A stretch of DNA of 64,000 bases from Candidatus Adlerbacteria bacterium (GTDB lineage Bacteria; Patescibacteriota; Minisyncoccia; Phycocordibacterales; SBAW01): the NCBI GenBank assembly GCA_029288895.1, contig JARIGK010000004.1:13621-77620 (forward strand), in the 5' to 3' direction. Positions 19,761 through 30,142 of this stretch are shown here, piece by piece (the first letter of the stretch is position 1; each line of letters opens with the position of its first letter). The notes under the pieces were generated by a model that did not search any database, had not been told where the DNA came from, and was given only the letters and a program-made list of their open reading frames with translations. The position numbers were made by a program, and so were the translations under genes.

Positions 19761-20429
19761 TTATCGCGCAACTTGGGTCACCTGCAGCGGTTTTTCCAGC
19801 TCGCCTGGGTTAAAGAGTTTGTAGAACAACTCAATAATTTCTTCTGTACCAAGCGAAACGATACGCACGCCGGTGCGCACCAAGCCCTGTTCAATCACAG
19901 ACATGCGTTGCTCAAGCTGCGTTCGGTATTCTTCGAACTGTTCATCCGTGAGTGCCGAGTTATTACTTGCGTTCTTTGATGGGATAAATGTTGAGAGTGC
20001 ACCGGCGACCCCCTTTCCTCGCCCGATAAGCGCTGGGTCATATGGTACGACGATAAAGAAATTTTTTGTCATGATGTTCGAACGTGCAGTAAAGTCTTTG
20101 ATGAAGGCGATATACTCGCGGATTTGGATTTTCATCAAGTCGTCGAGTTCGGCAGCGTAACGCTCTTCGAGCAATGCAATGTAGGGGCGGATATCCAAAT
20201 CGCGGCTTTCGATAAAAAACTGCACCGAAAACTCGAGTGAGTTGAGAAAGTTCTGGAACTGGCCAATGATGGCGCTTTGTTCGTCTTGTGACTTCAATGC
20301 CAAGTTAATCGACGATGCCATCATAAGCGAGCGCAAAGAACCATCCTTTAAAATAACAACGCCGCCGCGTACTTCTTGGATGGGTACAAACTCCTGTGTT
20401 GCTTGTGCTTTTGCGCTTTCGTTAGCCAT
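19761..20429 (-). CDS. TraC/VirB4 N-terminal-like accessory protein
   Basis: TQEFVPI..GVVILKDG, INLALKS.DEQ and FLNSL motifs; lies between PrgI and VirB4. Confidence 0.7.
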   Translation of the reverse strand: MANESAKAQATQEFVPIQEVRGGVVILKDGSLRSLMMASSINLALKSQDEQSAIIGQFQNFLNSLEFSVQFFIESRDLDIRPYIALLEERYAAELDDLMKIQIREYIAFIKDFTARSNIMTKNFFIVVPYDPALIGRGKGVAGALSTFIPSKNASNNSALTDEQFEEYRTQLEQRMSVIEQGLVRTGVRIVSLGTEEIIELFYKLFNPGELEKPLQVTQVAR

Positions 20430-20433
20430 ACAT

Positions 20434-20856
20434 CTAGATAGAACTCTTTTCCTTTATATTGAGCGACCAGGCCAAGTCTTTGAGCCTACTGTCAGAAAGT
20501 TTGGGCACCCCAACCATTGGGCCAGACTGGCTAGACATAGATTGAGTGGGGATGGTGGGCATGGCAGGCGCAGAGGGGGTTTTTTGCTTCCATAGATAGA
20601 GTTTGCTGCCTACATAGTAGCCAAATGCATGTTCGACCGCGTTGATAAACGGGCGGCCGTTTACTTCGTAGAATGCGAGCGCGAGCGAGAACCCGACAAC
20701 GGGCACACCTAAGAGTATAGTCAGATAGATAGGTAAAAAGGTGAAGAAGACGAGGCACAACCCACCTGCGCCTGCCAAATAGATAAATTGCTTGAGCGTC
20801 AACGGCCCAAATATTTTATCTTCAACTTCGATAAATTGAGGAACCTGATACCGCAT
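20434..20856 (-). CDS. PrgI family protein (VirB3-like)
   Basis: MRYQVPQFIEVEDKIFGPLTLKQF followed by two TMs. Confidence 0.88.
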   Translation of the reverse strand: MRYQVPQFIEVEDKIFGPLTLKQFIYLAGAGGLCLVFFTFLPIYLTILLGVPVVGFSLALAFYEVNGRPFINAVEHAFGYYVGSKLYLWKQKTPSAPAMPTIPTQSMSSQSGPMVGVPKLSDSRLKDLAWSLNIKEKSSI

Positions 20857-20878
20857 TCCTCTTTAGTATATAGCACTT

Positions 20879-21565
20879 CTACTCTACCGGTTCGCGATAC
20901 GGGTCGCTTTTGTAGATTGGTTTTGGTGCGCCAGGTGCTTGCCCTGCGGGTGCAGGCGGCGGTACGGCAACAGTAGGCTGCGTAAGAGCCGTTTCAACTG
21001 CTGGCATACTTGGTGCTTTTGGTGCGACGGGTGCTGCCGGCATAGGTGTTGGCGGAATTGTCGTTGGCGTTACGGAAATCGGTGCTGGGGCAACAGGTTT
21101 TGGAGCAGGAGTTGGTGCAGTAGCCGGGACTGTAGGTGCAGCAATAGGCGTTTGAGGTATAACCCGAACAGGAATTTTATTCACTGCTGGAGTTGAAGCG
21201 GCCACTGATGCTGGGGTGGCAATAGGTGCCGCAGTAGGTGGCGGCGTAGATCCAACCTTCTTGAGCGATTCACGAATCTTAATAAAAAGTTCGTTATTAA
21301 TATCTTGTGCTATTGCCTCAGCCTTTGGTTGTTCCACGGACAAAGCGTCAACGAGTTCTTGTACAAATTCACTCGGTTCGGTTAGACCAATCATAACCGC
21401 CGCTGTCTCAGATTCGAGCGCACCGATTTGGTCCACATGCAGCTGATATTTTTGCCCAATAGAGTGTATAACTGCGCCCATATCAGCACTGTATACAAGT
21501 GCTTTAATGTCTGCAGGGAGCGCGTCCATTCGCTTTTGTATTTCGTCTGTATAGTAGTCACTCAT
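20879..21565 (-). CDS. Hypothetical protein with Pro/Ala/Thr-rich linker and DPYREP C-terminus
   Basis: 228 aa ORF; TAGAAT 6 nt upstream of ATG. Confidence 0.7.
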   Translation of the reverse strand: MSDYYTDEIQKRMDALPADIKALVYSADMGAVIHSIGQKYQLHVDQIGALESETAAVMIGLTEPSEFVQELVDALSVEQPKAEAIAQDINNELFIKIRESLKKVGSTPPPTAAPIATPASVAASTPAVNKIPVRVIPQTPIAAPTVPATAPTPAPKPVAPAPISVTPTTIPPTPMPAAPVAPKAPSMPAVETALTQPTVAVPPPAPAGQAPGAPKPIYKSDPYREPVE

Positions 21566-21574
21566 ACATGTATT

Positions 21575-23761
21575 CTAACTCGGCCTTTTAATAGTAGTCT
21601 TAAATGCTGCCGGGGCTTCAACCCCACCCACTTTTTCAGGGACGTTCTTCATCTTTTCTATGAGCTTCTCAAGCTCAGATGTTGCTTTATTCAACTGTTT
21701 TGCTTGTTCGCCGGCCTTTGTTCTTTCAGCCTTGCCGCCAGGTCTGTCATCTCTTGTGCGATCATCGCGGATTTCTTCCAATTCTTCTTTCTTAGAGTCA
21801 ATCTGTTTCTTCATGCTTTCTGCTTCCTGAAGTGTAATAGTCACCGTTGCCCCTTCAGGTTGAGAGAACTTGTGCATCATAGGAAGCTGGGTTGCAATGT
21901 CACCCATACCTTTCTTGTCTTTGAGTACGTCATAAAGTTTACCAATATTTGCAAGGTGTTTATCAGATTCGTTCTTCGGTGATTTGCTGTTTTCTTCTTG
22001 CCATTTGCGGGTGATATTTTCCATTGCCTGCTTTGTCTGCAAACCACTTTCCTTGATAGCTTTGAGCTGACCCTCAGACACCTGTTTAATGATGTTTTCA
22101 ATATCCTTTTGGTTGAATGTAGCAAGAACCTTGCCGTCAATCTCAGAGGTACGTTTTGCAAGTATGGCATGTTCGGTTTTGAGGTCGGCCATTGTTTTGC
22201 CTTCCTCACGAACAACAGAGGCCATCTTTTCTCGAAGTGCATCGCGCTCTCGTTCTTCGTCTGCAGTAAGGGGACGATCAGTAATACTCTCAATGCCCTG
22301 AAGTTTCTTTTCGCTGCCGATGTAATTCTCAAGTACACCGAGGCGTTTGGTATTTTTCTTAGCAGCAATTTTCTTGAGGTTACCGTCACGCTCATCAAAG
22401 TTCTCCTTACGAACTTTTTCGATCTCTTTATATTGTTTGCCGCCGAATACTGAAGATTTTGCTGCTGCACCAATTGTATTTCTGCGTGCGGCAGCGCCGA
22501 GATACGTGTTGAGCAAAGGCACACTCTTTGCTTTATCGTTGAGTTTGTTAACACCATACCCTACCGTGCGGTTACGAGTCCATGATGCTGCGCCCCCCAC
22601 TTTGCCACCAGCCCAACTTACAGCGCTATGTGCGAGGCCGCTCCCCATTTCGCTGAAAGCGTCCGATTTTTTTACGGCATAGTACAAAAGCACTACCACC
22701 AAGCCAACGCGGATACCAACGTTTGCTATCAATGAGAAAACATCCATCGTACTGCCGTTCTTCTGCGCTTGATTGAAAATGCTTGGAAGTAGACCATTTG
22801 CGCCTGCGCTGAACCCCTTCAAGAACAGTGTCATGATGTAGAACAAGAAGAGGAAGACGGCCGGGTAGAATGCTGACGCTATAAGATTGTCTTGCCACTG
22901 AGCATAGTATGCACGGTATTTTTTGCCGCTATGCGTCTCTGGTATTGCGTATGCAATAAAAGCTAGTGGCGAAGCAATTATCGTTATCCATAACACGACG
23001 ACACGTATGAGGAGTCGTACTCCGACAATAAGGAATGAGAATGCGAGTAGTGCAAGGAAGATACCAACTGCGAGATATATAGCGACTTGCCCTCCAAGGC
23101 GCTGGAAAAAACTACTTTTGTCGCGCCAATCTTTGAATGAGTCAGTACCCATAAGAGTTTGGATGCCGACTGAATCCATTAAGCCGCTTGTTAGATCCTT
23201 GACGTAGGTAGGCGATTTCCCATTTAGTGGTGATGCGACCGTGGCTGATATGGGCAACGCGTTGTAGAACTGCACCGCTAAAATATTACCCGCGTCTATC
23301 ACGACACGCGTAAAGAAGAAACTGAAGTTTATCAGCAACGCCATAACAACAACACCCGCAAGCATGCGCATCGTGCCCGCGGTCTCGGCCTCCATGATGA
23401 TGGTGTAGGCGATATATATAAGGATGAATATGAACCCAAGGTTTGCTATGTCGCGCACAACGGCCCACCCTTGGCTTAAGAAGTCGAGTGCATACGAAGC
23501 GCTATTAAGGCCAAGTTGTAAAGCAAAGTTAAGTAAGTACCCAGCCGCATTTGCTATGACAGTGGGGATATACACCGCAAAAAGGTAGACAATGTTACTA
23601 ATGCATAGGTCAAAGTTGCTCGTAAGGCCGCATCCCAAGTCTTCTGCGTGTGCAACCGCAGCTTGCCCGGTAGTGAGTTGGACTGGTGCGAAGGCGACGC
23701 CAAAAAGCACAAGCGCCAACGCAACCCCCGCAACTATTTTTTTCTTACTAGTGGACAGCAT
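21575..23761 (-). CDS. VirB6/TrbL-like polytopic membrane protein with charged C-terminal coiled coil
   Basis: GWAVVRDIAN, ALLINFS and IASPLAF motifs with multiple TMs; start set at MLSTSK. Confidence 0.65.
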   Translation of the reverse strand: MLSTSKKKIVAGVALALVLFGVAFAPVQLTTGQAAVAHAEDLGCGLTSNFDLCISNIVYLFAVYIPTVIANAAGYLLNFALQLGLNSASYALDFLSQGWAVVRDIANLGFIFILIYIAYTIIMEAETAGTMRMLAGVVVMALLINFSFFFTRVVIDAGNILAVQFYNALPISATVASPLNGKSPTYVKDLTSGLMDSVGIQTLMGTDSFKDWRDKSSFFQRLGGQVAIYLAVGIFLALLAFSFLIVGVRLLIRVVVLWITIIASPLAFIAYAIPETHSGKKYRAYYAQWQDNLIASAFYPAVFLFLFYIMTLFLKGFSAGANGLLPSIFNQAQKNGSTMDVFSLIANVGIRVGLVVVLLYYAVKKSDAFSEMGSGLAHSAVSWAGGKVGGAASWTRNRTVGYGVNKLNDKAKSVPLLNTYLGAAARRNTIGAAAKSSVFGGKQYKEIEKVRKENFDERDGNLKKIAAKKNTKRLGVLENYIGSEKKLQGIESITDRPLTADEERERDALREKMASVVREEGKTMADLKTEHAILAKRTSEIDGKVLATFNQKDIENIIKQVSEGQLKAIKESGLQTKQAMENITRKWQEENSKSPKNESDKHLANIGKLYDVLKDKKGMGDIATQLPMMHKFSQPEGATVTITLQEAESMKKQIDSKKEELEEIRDDRTRDDRPGGKAERTKAGEQAKQLNKATSELEKLIEKMKNVPEKVGGVEAPAAFKTTIKRPS

Positions 23762-25841
23762 GGCATTGTGTGAGCGACGCGGACGTTTGCGCATTAAGTG
23801 ACGACATCTGGGCCTGGAGTGTAGTGCGATTTTGCTGGGCGTTTACTACATCGGTTTGCGAAACTAGTTTTCCTGACACTTTTGCTGAATTGTAATCGCT
23901 CTGCACAGCACTCACATCCGAAGCAGAGCCAACAGAGAGTGCACGGTTTTGTAGAGATTCGAGCAAGACGATTGCGTTATTTGCGAGCGTGATGCGGTTA
24001 TTGTATGAATCGACCAACATATTGAGCGAGGCAATGGTGCTTGATGCCTGTCCGGCGCTTGATGCAGCGGTGCCAGCCGATGATGAGCTCGACGCAACCC
24101 CGCTCCAGCAGTTGAAGAGGTCGTTAAGTTGGCTTTGTGTGCTTTGGATGTCCTGGATACTCCCCTGCTGTATTGTTGCGTACGAAACAGCATTGTTCGT
24201 GTCTTGCTGCATTTGTGTCACAAGGCCTTGTCCTTGTTCTTGCGACTGTAATTGGTCGGTGCTGTAGAAGTTGCTTGCATAACCATCAGCACCGCTCAAG
24301 GTTGAGAGGCCGCTTTGGAGTGTGCGCGTCATAAGCTGGTTAATGAGCGCGCTGATAATTTCGTCAAAGCTCTTTGCAAGCCCAATTTGGTCGAGTGTGC
24401 TTTTTTCTGTTGCGCCGAGCGAATCTGCAATAACGCGGCCAGGGGTTGTCGTCACCCAATCACATACAGTGTAGGTACCGTTGCCATTGTCTTTTGAGGA
24501 TTTATTTGGAGACGTGTTTGCAGCTGTAGCATTCGGGTTGCAGTTTTGCTTTTTCTGGAAGGAGAGGAAGCCAGAGCCTTGCAACAAGTCGGTCTGGACT
24601 TGATTCTGAGCTTTTGTTGCAGCAGTTTGGAGGCCAATAGAGCCATAGACGAACGCGCCGTACGGGTTATTTGTTGGAACGGTCGTAAATTGGATAAAGG
24701 CTGGCCATCCACCCGCGGTACTAAACGTTCCGCGCATGAAGTTGTTGATATTTTTTGTGACTTGCGTCAGGGTACAAGAATTGGCATTTCGTTGCGCATA
24801 ACTTTGCGCGATAGCAATACGGATTTGCAATTGGAATGGGCTGCAGAGGAAGGAGAGAGCGCTGCTTTGGATGTAATTGCCTGCGACCACATCGGCAGTT
24901 TGCTGAATGAATTTTGATGGGTTTTGCACGAACGAAGGTGAGCCATTAAAACCAGAGTTGATCCAGTTGACGACGCTTGCGGTTATTTGCTGCAACATAA
25001 TCTTTGCGATGTTGCGCGCCATACAGCCAAGGAACTGGTCAATCGTCTGCTGGCCTGTTTGATTGCCATTGGCGCGTGCGATTTCTCCCGACAACAAGCT
25101 TGTGCCGATTTGGAAACGGATATTTTCAGTCAAATCAACAGTTGATACGCTTCTCACGACTTCTTCTGCCAGCAATGTATCGGCTGCTTTTTGTGCGGCA
25201 ACTTGTTTTGCAGTGCCTTCAGTAAAGCCCAATGCTTGTGCTGCGAGTTGGATGGCTGGCACAATGGCGCACGTTACGACGCCAACACCGGCAGCGGCCC
25301 CTATAGAGCCAAGCGCCGAACCGCCTCCCCCACCTGTTTGTTGTCCAAAATTGTTTACACCGATATTGGGTACTCCGTCTGGTCCACCGTTACCTGATGG
25401 GTTTGACTGTGCAATTTGATTGATTGCCGTTGGGTTAAAAACGGTGCCGGGCCCACTTGTACTTCCACCTGTAGTGCCGCCTGGTGTGCCCGAAAGCCAA
25501 ATAACGCCAGGCACGCCAACTTCGCCCTGTGGCTCCGTTATAGCCGGGACGCCTCCAACAGCAAGAGTTCCTTGTCCATTTGTATTCCCTACCGTGCCCA
25601 AGTCGACATTGGTTTGCGCGCTTGCGGTTTGGTCTTGGCCAGGCAATTGTGTTGCGCCATTGGTTTGGTCGTTCGTGCCTCCAGTGTCCCCTTGAGTTTG
25701 GCCAGCGTTCTGGGCCGTACCAAATGTCCCCGTTGTTTGTTTGACCGCACTCTCGCGTTGCAAGAACCACCACCACAACAGCACAAAGAGCAGTACAACT
25801 GCGAGTGCTATGAGGATCATGTAGAGTACCTTTCTGTTCAT
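23748..25841 (-). CDS. Large membrane-anchored exported protein
   Basis: N-terminal TM, Gly/Thr/Gln-rich linker, VVNWINSGFNGSPSFV and TTPG motifs, Gln-rich helical tail. Confidence 0.7.
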   Translation of the reverse strand: MNRKVLYMILIALAVVLLFVLLWWWFLQRESAVKQTTGTFGTAQNAGQTQGDTGGTNDQTNGATQLPGQDQTASAQTNVDLGTVGNTNGQGTLAVGGVPAITEPQGEVGVPGVIWLSGTPGGTTGGSTSGPGTVFNPTAINQIAQSNPSGNGGPDGVPNIGVNNFGQQTGGGGGSALGSIGAAAGVGVVTCAIVPAIQLAAQALGFTEGTAKQVAAQKAADTLLAEEVVRSVSTVDLTENIRFQIGTSLLSGEIARANGNQTGQQTIDQFLGCMARNIAKIMLQQITASVVNWINSGFNGSPSFVQNPSKFIQQTADVVAGNYIQSSALSFLCSPFQLQIRIAIAQSYAQRNANSCTLTQVTKNINNFMRGTFSTAGGWPAFIQFTTVPTNNPYGAFVYGSIGLQTAATKAQNQVQTDLLQGSGFLSFQKKQNCNPNATAANTSPNKSSKDNGNGTYTVCDWVTTTPGRVIADSLGATEKSTLDQIGLAKSFDEIISALINQLMTRTLQSGLSTLSGADGYASNFYSTDQLQSQEQGQGLVTQMQQDTNNAVSYATIQQGSIQDIQSTQSQLNDLFNCWSGVASSSSSAGTAASSAGQASSTIASLNMLVDSYNNRITLANNAIVLLESLQNRALSVGSASDVSAVQSDYNSAKVSGKLVSQTDVVNAQQNRTTLQAQMSSLNAQTSASLTQCHAVH

Positions 25842-26734
25842 TATTGTTGTGCTTGCAACAGCAAACTCCAGGTATTACCTGGTTCGTCCGTTGTAAAAAG
25901 TATATCGTTTTTATTGAGTGCCTGAGCGATATTTATAAACATCTGCCCCGCATCTTGTGAGATGGTGCGATATTGCTGCAGGGCTGCAAAGGCGCCAAGC
26001 GGGTCACCTGCAATATTTTCCATCCCGTCATAGGTTGCAGCCATCTTTGCGTAATCATTGATAAGTTCAAGATGGAACGGTTCCAGTGTTTTAGGTACTG
26101 GAGTAGCTGCAAGTTTTGTCGCCAATAACACATACTTTTTTTGTATCGTTCCGAGTAGCGGGAGTTTGTCTGAACCTGTGCCATCCGTTGCGGCGTTCAT
26201 GATGAGCAATGTTTTTGCAAATTCTTGGTCAGAATTTTTTATAAAAATATCCATGGTTGCATTGCCGTACGCATGTAAATTGGCAGAACTATTGTCCGCA
26301 AGGGTGAGATCTGCCACGGTGTACGTTTTTTCTGGTGCAACAGCATCAACTTGCGAAACAGCAGTCCTCACAAGCTTTTCTTGTGTTGGGATATCATCGC
26401 CCAACCCTTGGCTTTTCATGGTTATAAGGTTTGCCAAGAGGCCGCGGGATACGGCATCAGTTAAGTTGCCACTTTTCGCAGCTTGAATAAGCCCATCAAG
26501 ATTGCTTTGGTCGTTCGACGCGTCAGTTGTTGATGCGTCCGAAGTGCCCTGTACAGCAGTAAGCGACGCTTCCCAATTAGTGGCGCTTACAGATGTGTTT
26601 GTATCAACCCCAACTTGGGCAATGGGGTGAGGTTTTGTGGTGTAGTCGGCGAGGAAGACAAGCCCGATCGATAGTACGAGTGAAGCTGCGATGAGGATAA
26701 ATTGCCTGCTTGGCAGGTAGGTGCGAGCGTCCAT
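25841..26734 (-). CDS. Membrane-anchored hypothetical protein
   Basis: 297 aa with N-terminal TM; first gene of the minus-strand run. Confidence 0.65.
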   Translation of the reverse strand: MDARTYLPSRQFILIAASLVLSIGLVFLADYTTKPHPIAQVGVDTNTSVSATNWEASLTAVQGTSDASTTDASNDQSNLDGLIQAAKSGNLTDAVSRGLLANLITMKSQGLGDDIPTQEKLVRTAVSQVDAVAPEKTYTVADLTLADNSSANLHAYGNATMDIFIKNSDQEFAKTLLIMNAATDGTGSDKLPLLGTIQKKYVLLATKLAATPVPKTLEPFHLELINDYAKMAATYDGMENIAGDPLGAFAALQQYRTISQDAGQMFINIAQALNKNDILFTTDEPGNTWSLLLQAQQ

Positions 26735-26777
26735 TACCCCAAGTATACCGTCGTTTCGAAGGTGTACTATTGTATAT

Positions 26778-27332
26778 ATGAAGTATCGAGGTATCTTCCT
26801 TCTGTGTTTGATGGTAGTTGGTACATGGAGCGTGCCTGGGGCAGCTTCCGCGAGCGTTTTTCTTTCCGCTGGTGGGTATGTTGTTGGCCCGGTTGGTGCG
26901 TGTCTCCAGCTTGATGGCGGCGTTGGGCTCCTATTCCACCTTATACCCGATGGTCGCGTTGTTCCTCTTGTCCCGCCTGACTATATATGGAGTCCCACAA
27001 CCATAACGGTTCCTATACCTGAACGCCCTCCGGTCATCGGACAGCAGGTACTGGGCCTTGTATACCCTAACTTTTTGCAGGGTATATGTATTAAAAGCAC
27101 GTTTCCATTCGTAGCTGTTGGAGGCTGGAAGTTCGTATATATGGGAGAAAGTCTTGTACCAGCCCCGCCTGGCGCTGGGTTGGCGGCAGCTTCAGCAGCA
27201 ATAGGCGCTTCTGCAGGTGTGACTGCTGGGGCTACTGCAGCCTCGAGTGCAAGCACTGCCGCTATTACAGCTGCAACTGCGGCAATAGGGGCGGCCCTTA
27301 TTATAGGTGCAGCCTCAATCGGCAAAAAATAA
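26778..27332 (+). CDS. Secreted hypothetical protein with Ala-rich hydrophobic tail
   Basis: Signal peptide from MKYRG, a Cys pair, and an Ala-rich C-terminus ending IGKK. Confidence 0.6.
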   Translation: MKYRGIFLLCLMVVGTWSVPGAASASVFLSAGGYVVGPVGACLQLDGGVGLLFHLIPDGRVVPLVPPDYIWSPTTITVPIPERPPVIGQQVLGLVYPNFLQGICIKSTFPFVAVGGWKFVYMGESLVPAPPGAGLAAASAAIGASAGVTAGATAASSASTAAITAATAAIGAALIIGAASIGKK

Positions 27333-28109
27333 TTAACCTGCAAGTCCCAACCACTTCTCGAGCGGTACATCTTCGGCACGGGCGGTGTCAGAGATATCCA
27401 CATCTCTGAAGCGTTCAGCAACGTCTTTGCCGAGCACGGGCTCCAAATTTCGCTTCAGTAATTTTCGTTTTTGGCCAAAGCCGGCTTTTACAACCTCAAA
27501 GAATTTTTCTTCGTGTGCGGCATTTTTAAAATTCTTTTTCGACACATTCGCCACGAGCAAAATTGCCGAGTCGACATTGGGTGCAGGGGCAAATGCGCCA
27601 CGCGGCACGGTCTTTACATACTTCACATCGCCGTACGCTTTTACCGACAGCGAGAGGATGCTTTCTTTTTTTTCGCGTGCGATGCGTTCAGCAACTTCTT
27701 TTTGCATCAAGAACACGAGTGTCTGCGGCTGGCGTTCTTCCGACAAAAACTTTTTCAGTAAGGCCCCCGTGATGTAGTACGGAATGTTTGCGACAAGTTT
27801 GTATGGCTTCTTCCCTACCACTGCCTCAGTGTCTACTTCGAGCGCGTCGGCTTCCAAGACAGTAAGGCGTTTCTCTCGAATCTCTTTTGTAAACGTTACT
27901 TCAAGTATTGGAATGAGACGATGATCTTTTTCGACTGCGACAACATATGCGCCGCGTGCGAGTAATTCTTCGGTGAGTGCGCCTTCGCCCGGGCCAATTT
28001 CAAGTACTACGTCCCCTTCCTTCACATCCGCAGCGTCAGCGATGGCGCGCAAATATGCGGTGCTCTTTAAAAAGTTTTGGCCCAGGGATTTCTTTTTTTG
28101 CAGCGCCAT
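27333..28109 (-). CDS. rsmA: 16S rRNA dimethyltransferase RsmA/KsgA
   Basis: KKSLGQNFL, LEIGPGEG, ANIPYYIT, QKEVAERI and PNVDSA motifs; start set at MALQKK. Confidence 0.95.
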   Translation of the reverse strand: MALQKKKSLGQNFLKSTAYLRAIADAADVKEGDVVLEIGPGEGALTEELLARGAYVVAVEKDHRLIPILEVTFTKEIREKRLTVLEADALEVDTEAVVGKKPYKLVANIPYYITGALLKKFLSEERQPQTLVFLMQKEVAERIAREKKESILSLSVKAYGDVKYVKTVPRGAFAPAPNVDSAILLVANVSKKNFKNAAHEEKFFEVVKAGFGQKRKLLKRNLEPVLGKDVAERFRDVDISDTARAEDVPLEKWLGLAG

Positions 28110-28110
28110 A

Positions 28111-30000
28111 TTAGTCCAAATATATCGTACGGCCGATGCGCTCGGGCGCTTCCCACGCAAGCAGTGCGTCAGAAATATCAGAGAGGAATTGTGACGGCGC
28201 CGTCGAATTTTTTGAACCAAAAATGGTGCGATATGACGCAAACGTCAAAAATACTTTTTTCTGCGCGCGTGTAATGGCCACATAGCACAAACGACGCTCT
28301 TCTTCTTTATCGTTGGAATCACCGTCCATGCGCTCGTACGGGAACAACCCTTCTTCGAGCCCAGTGATAAAAACATGAGGAAATTCAAGGCCTTTTGAGG
28401 CATGGATGGTCATCAAGCGTACCGCGTTATTGTCTGTTTTCAATTCGTCTTGGTCGCTTTGGAGTGCTGCGTTTTCGAGGAATGCATGTAGCCCCTCGTT
28501 TGGGCCCATCGCATCGTAGCGAGAAGCGAGCGAGACCAATTCGCGCAAGTTTTCCAAACGCTCAGCACCTTCGAGTTTGTCTTCGCGGAGTTCTCGTTCA
28601 AGCCCCGATTCAACAACCGCAAACTTTACCGCTTCGGATGGGATTTTTTCTTCTGCGGCCATGCGGATCTTGCCGAGCAATAGGTACAGTGATTTTACTT
28701 TTTCGCGAACGGCGCCCGTGAGCTGTTCTTCCTGCCCGTTCAGTATTTTTAGAAGTGTGACTTTGCCGATGCCGCGCGGAGGGACGTTCGCGATGCGCGA
28801 CAAATCTGCGGGAGTATTAAACACCGCGGCGCGTACAAACGAAAGTACATCCTTCACTTCTTTGCGCTCGAAGAAGCGCGTGCCCAACACTTGGTAGTCT
28901 ACGCCGCTGTGGAGCAACTGTTCTTCAATTGCGCGCGACTGGAAGTTGGCGCGATACAAAATGCAGAAGTCGCGCGGCTGCATGCCATCGCGTATCCCCT
29001 CTTTTATTTTGCGTGCGATAAACCCAGCCTCATCCGTTTCGTCAAACGCTTGATAGAGCCCGATCTGTTCGCCGTCGGCATTGTTGGTGTAGAGATTTTT
29101 TTCGCGGCGGAAGACGTTCTTCGCGATCACTTCGTTTGCTGCGGCCAAGATAGTTTTGGTCGAGCGGTAGTTCTCTTCGAGCAAAATTATTTTTGCACCA
29201 GGGAATGTTTTTTCGAATGACAAAATGTTTGCGATTTCGGCGCCGCGCCACCCATAGATAGTTTGGTCGACATCGCCGACGGCGCAGATATTTTTCTCAG
29301 GGCCAACCAAAAGCTCCGCCATTTCTGCTTGGATGCCGTTGGTGTCCTGATATTCGTCTATATGTATGTAGCGCCAGCGCTGCTGGTACTTTTCACGCAC
29401 CTCTTTGTTGGTGCGAAGGAGGCGGGTTGGCGTCACAAGCAAATCGTCGAAGTCGACGGCGCCATCTTTCTTTAATGCCTTGTCATACATGGCCCAGACT
29501 TGGGCGACAATGCGGTCGCGGGGTATTTCTGCGCCTTGCGCGTAGGTTTCGGGGTCCATCCCCTGCCCTTTTTGCTTTGAAATAGTGCCCAAGGCCGAGC
29601 GTGGCTCGACATCCTCGACGCCCAAACTCTTCAATGCTGCCTTTACCTCACGAAGGGAGTCGCTTCTATCATAAATCGCTGGGGTACGCTTAAACCCAAG
29701 CAGTTTGTGGTGCTCTTTCAATATATAGAGGCCAAGCGAGTGGAAGGTGGACACAAACGGAACGGCGGTGCCTCCCCCAAGGAGCCCATTCACGCGTTCG
29801 CGCATTTCGGAGGCGGCTTTGTTGGTGAATGTTATAGCCAAAACAGCCTCTGGCGGCACCCCTTTGTTCACAATTTCGAGGATCCGGTGGGCAATAACCC
29901 TTGTTTTACCGGCCCCGGCGCCTGCAATAACCAACACAGGCCCCTCCGTTGTGTGGACCGCCTCTGCCTGTGCCGCATTAAGCCCTGCATTCGATGACAT
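28111..30000 (-). CDS. UvrD/PcrA superfamily 1 DNA helicase
   Basis: AGAGAGKT, TFTNKAA, DEYQD, YRST, TIHASKGLEF and EERRLCYVAITRA motifs. Confidence 0.95.
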   Translation of the reverse strand: MSSNAGLNAAQAEAVHTTEGPVLVIAGAGAGKTRVIAHRILEIVNKGVPPEAVLAITFTNKAASEMRERVNGLLGGGTAVPFVSTFHSLGLYILKEHHKLLGFKRTPAIYDRSDSLREVKAALKSLGVEDVEPRSALGTISKQKGQGMDPETYAQGAEIPRDRIVAQVWAMYDKALKKDGAVDFDDLLVTPTRLLRTNKEVREKYQQRWRYIHIDEYQDTNGIQAEMAELLVGPEKNICAVGDVDQTIYGWRGAEIANILSFEKTFPGAKIILLEENYRSTKTILAAANEVIAKNVFRREKNLYTNNADGEQIGLYQAFDETDEAGFIARKIKEGIRDGMQPRDFCILYRANFQSRAIEEQLLHSGVDYQVLGTRFFERKEVKDVLSFVRAAVFNTPADLSRIANVPPRGIGKVTLLKILNGQEEQLTGAVREKVKSLYLLLGKIRMAAEEKIPSEAVKFAVVESGLERELREDKLEGAERLENLRELVSLASRYDAMGPNEGLHAFLENAALQSDQDELKTDNNAVRLMTIHASKGLEFPHVFITGLEEGLFPYERMDGDSNDKEEERRLCYVAITRAQKKVFLTFASYRTIFGSKNSTAPSQFLSDISDALLAWEAPERIGRTIYLD

Positions 30001-30133
30001 CCATACACGATACCCCGAAGGTGCCCAAAACCCCTAGAAAAAACAGCAGAAAACAGGTTTTTGCTTTTGTACAGGGTTTTTCTTCATCTAAAATACCCTT
30101 ACCTCTAAGGGTATTTTAGGCCTCCCCGCACCA

Positions 30134-30142
30134 TTATCCACA
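30134..30142 (+). promoter_or_regulatory. Perfect DnaA box
   Basis: TTATCCACA in the helicase/LysM-M23 divergent intergenic region. Confidence 0.45.

Noticed and set aside
20879-21250. Pro/Ala/Thr-rich low-complexity stretch as a DNA repeat element
   Set aside because: It is an in-frame disordered protein linker without exact nucleotide periodicity.
14162-26734. VirB4/PrgI region as an integrative conjugative element
   Set aside because: No integrase, relaxase or att repeats are present, and it is embedded among core genes with core-type starts.
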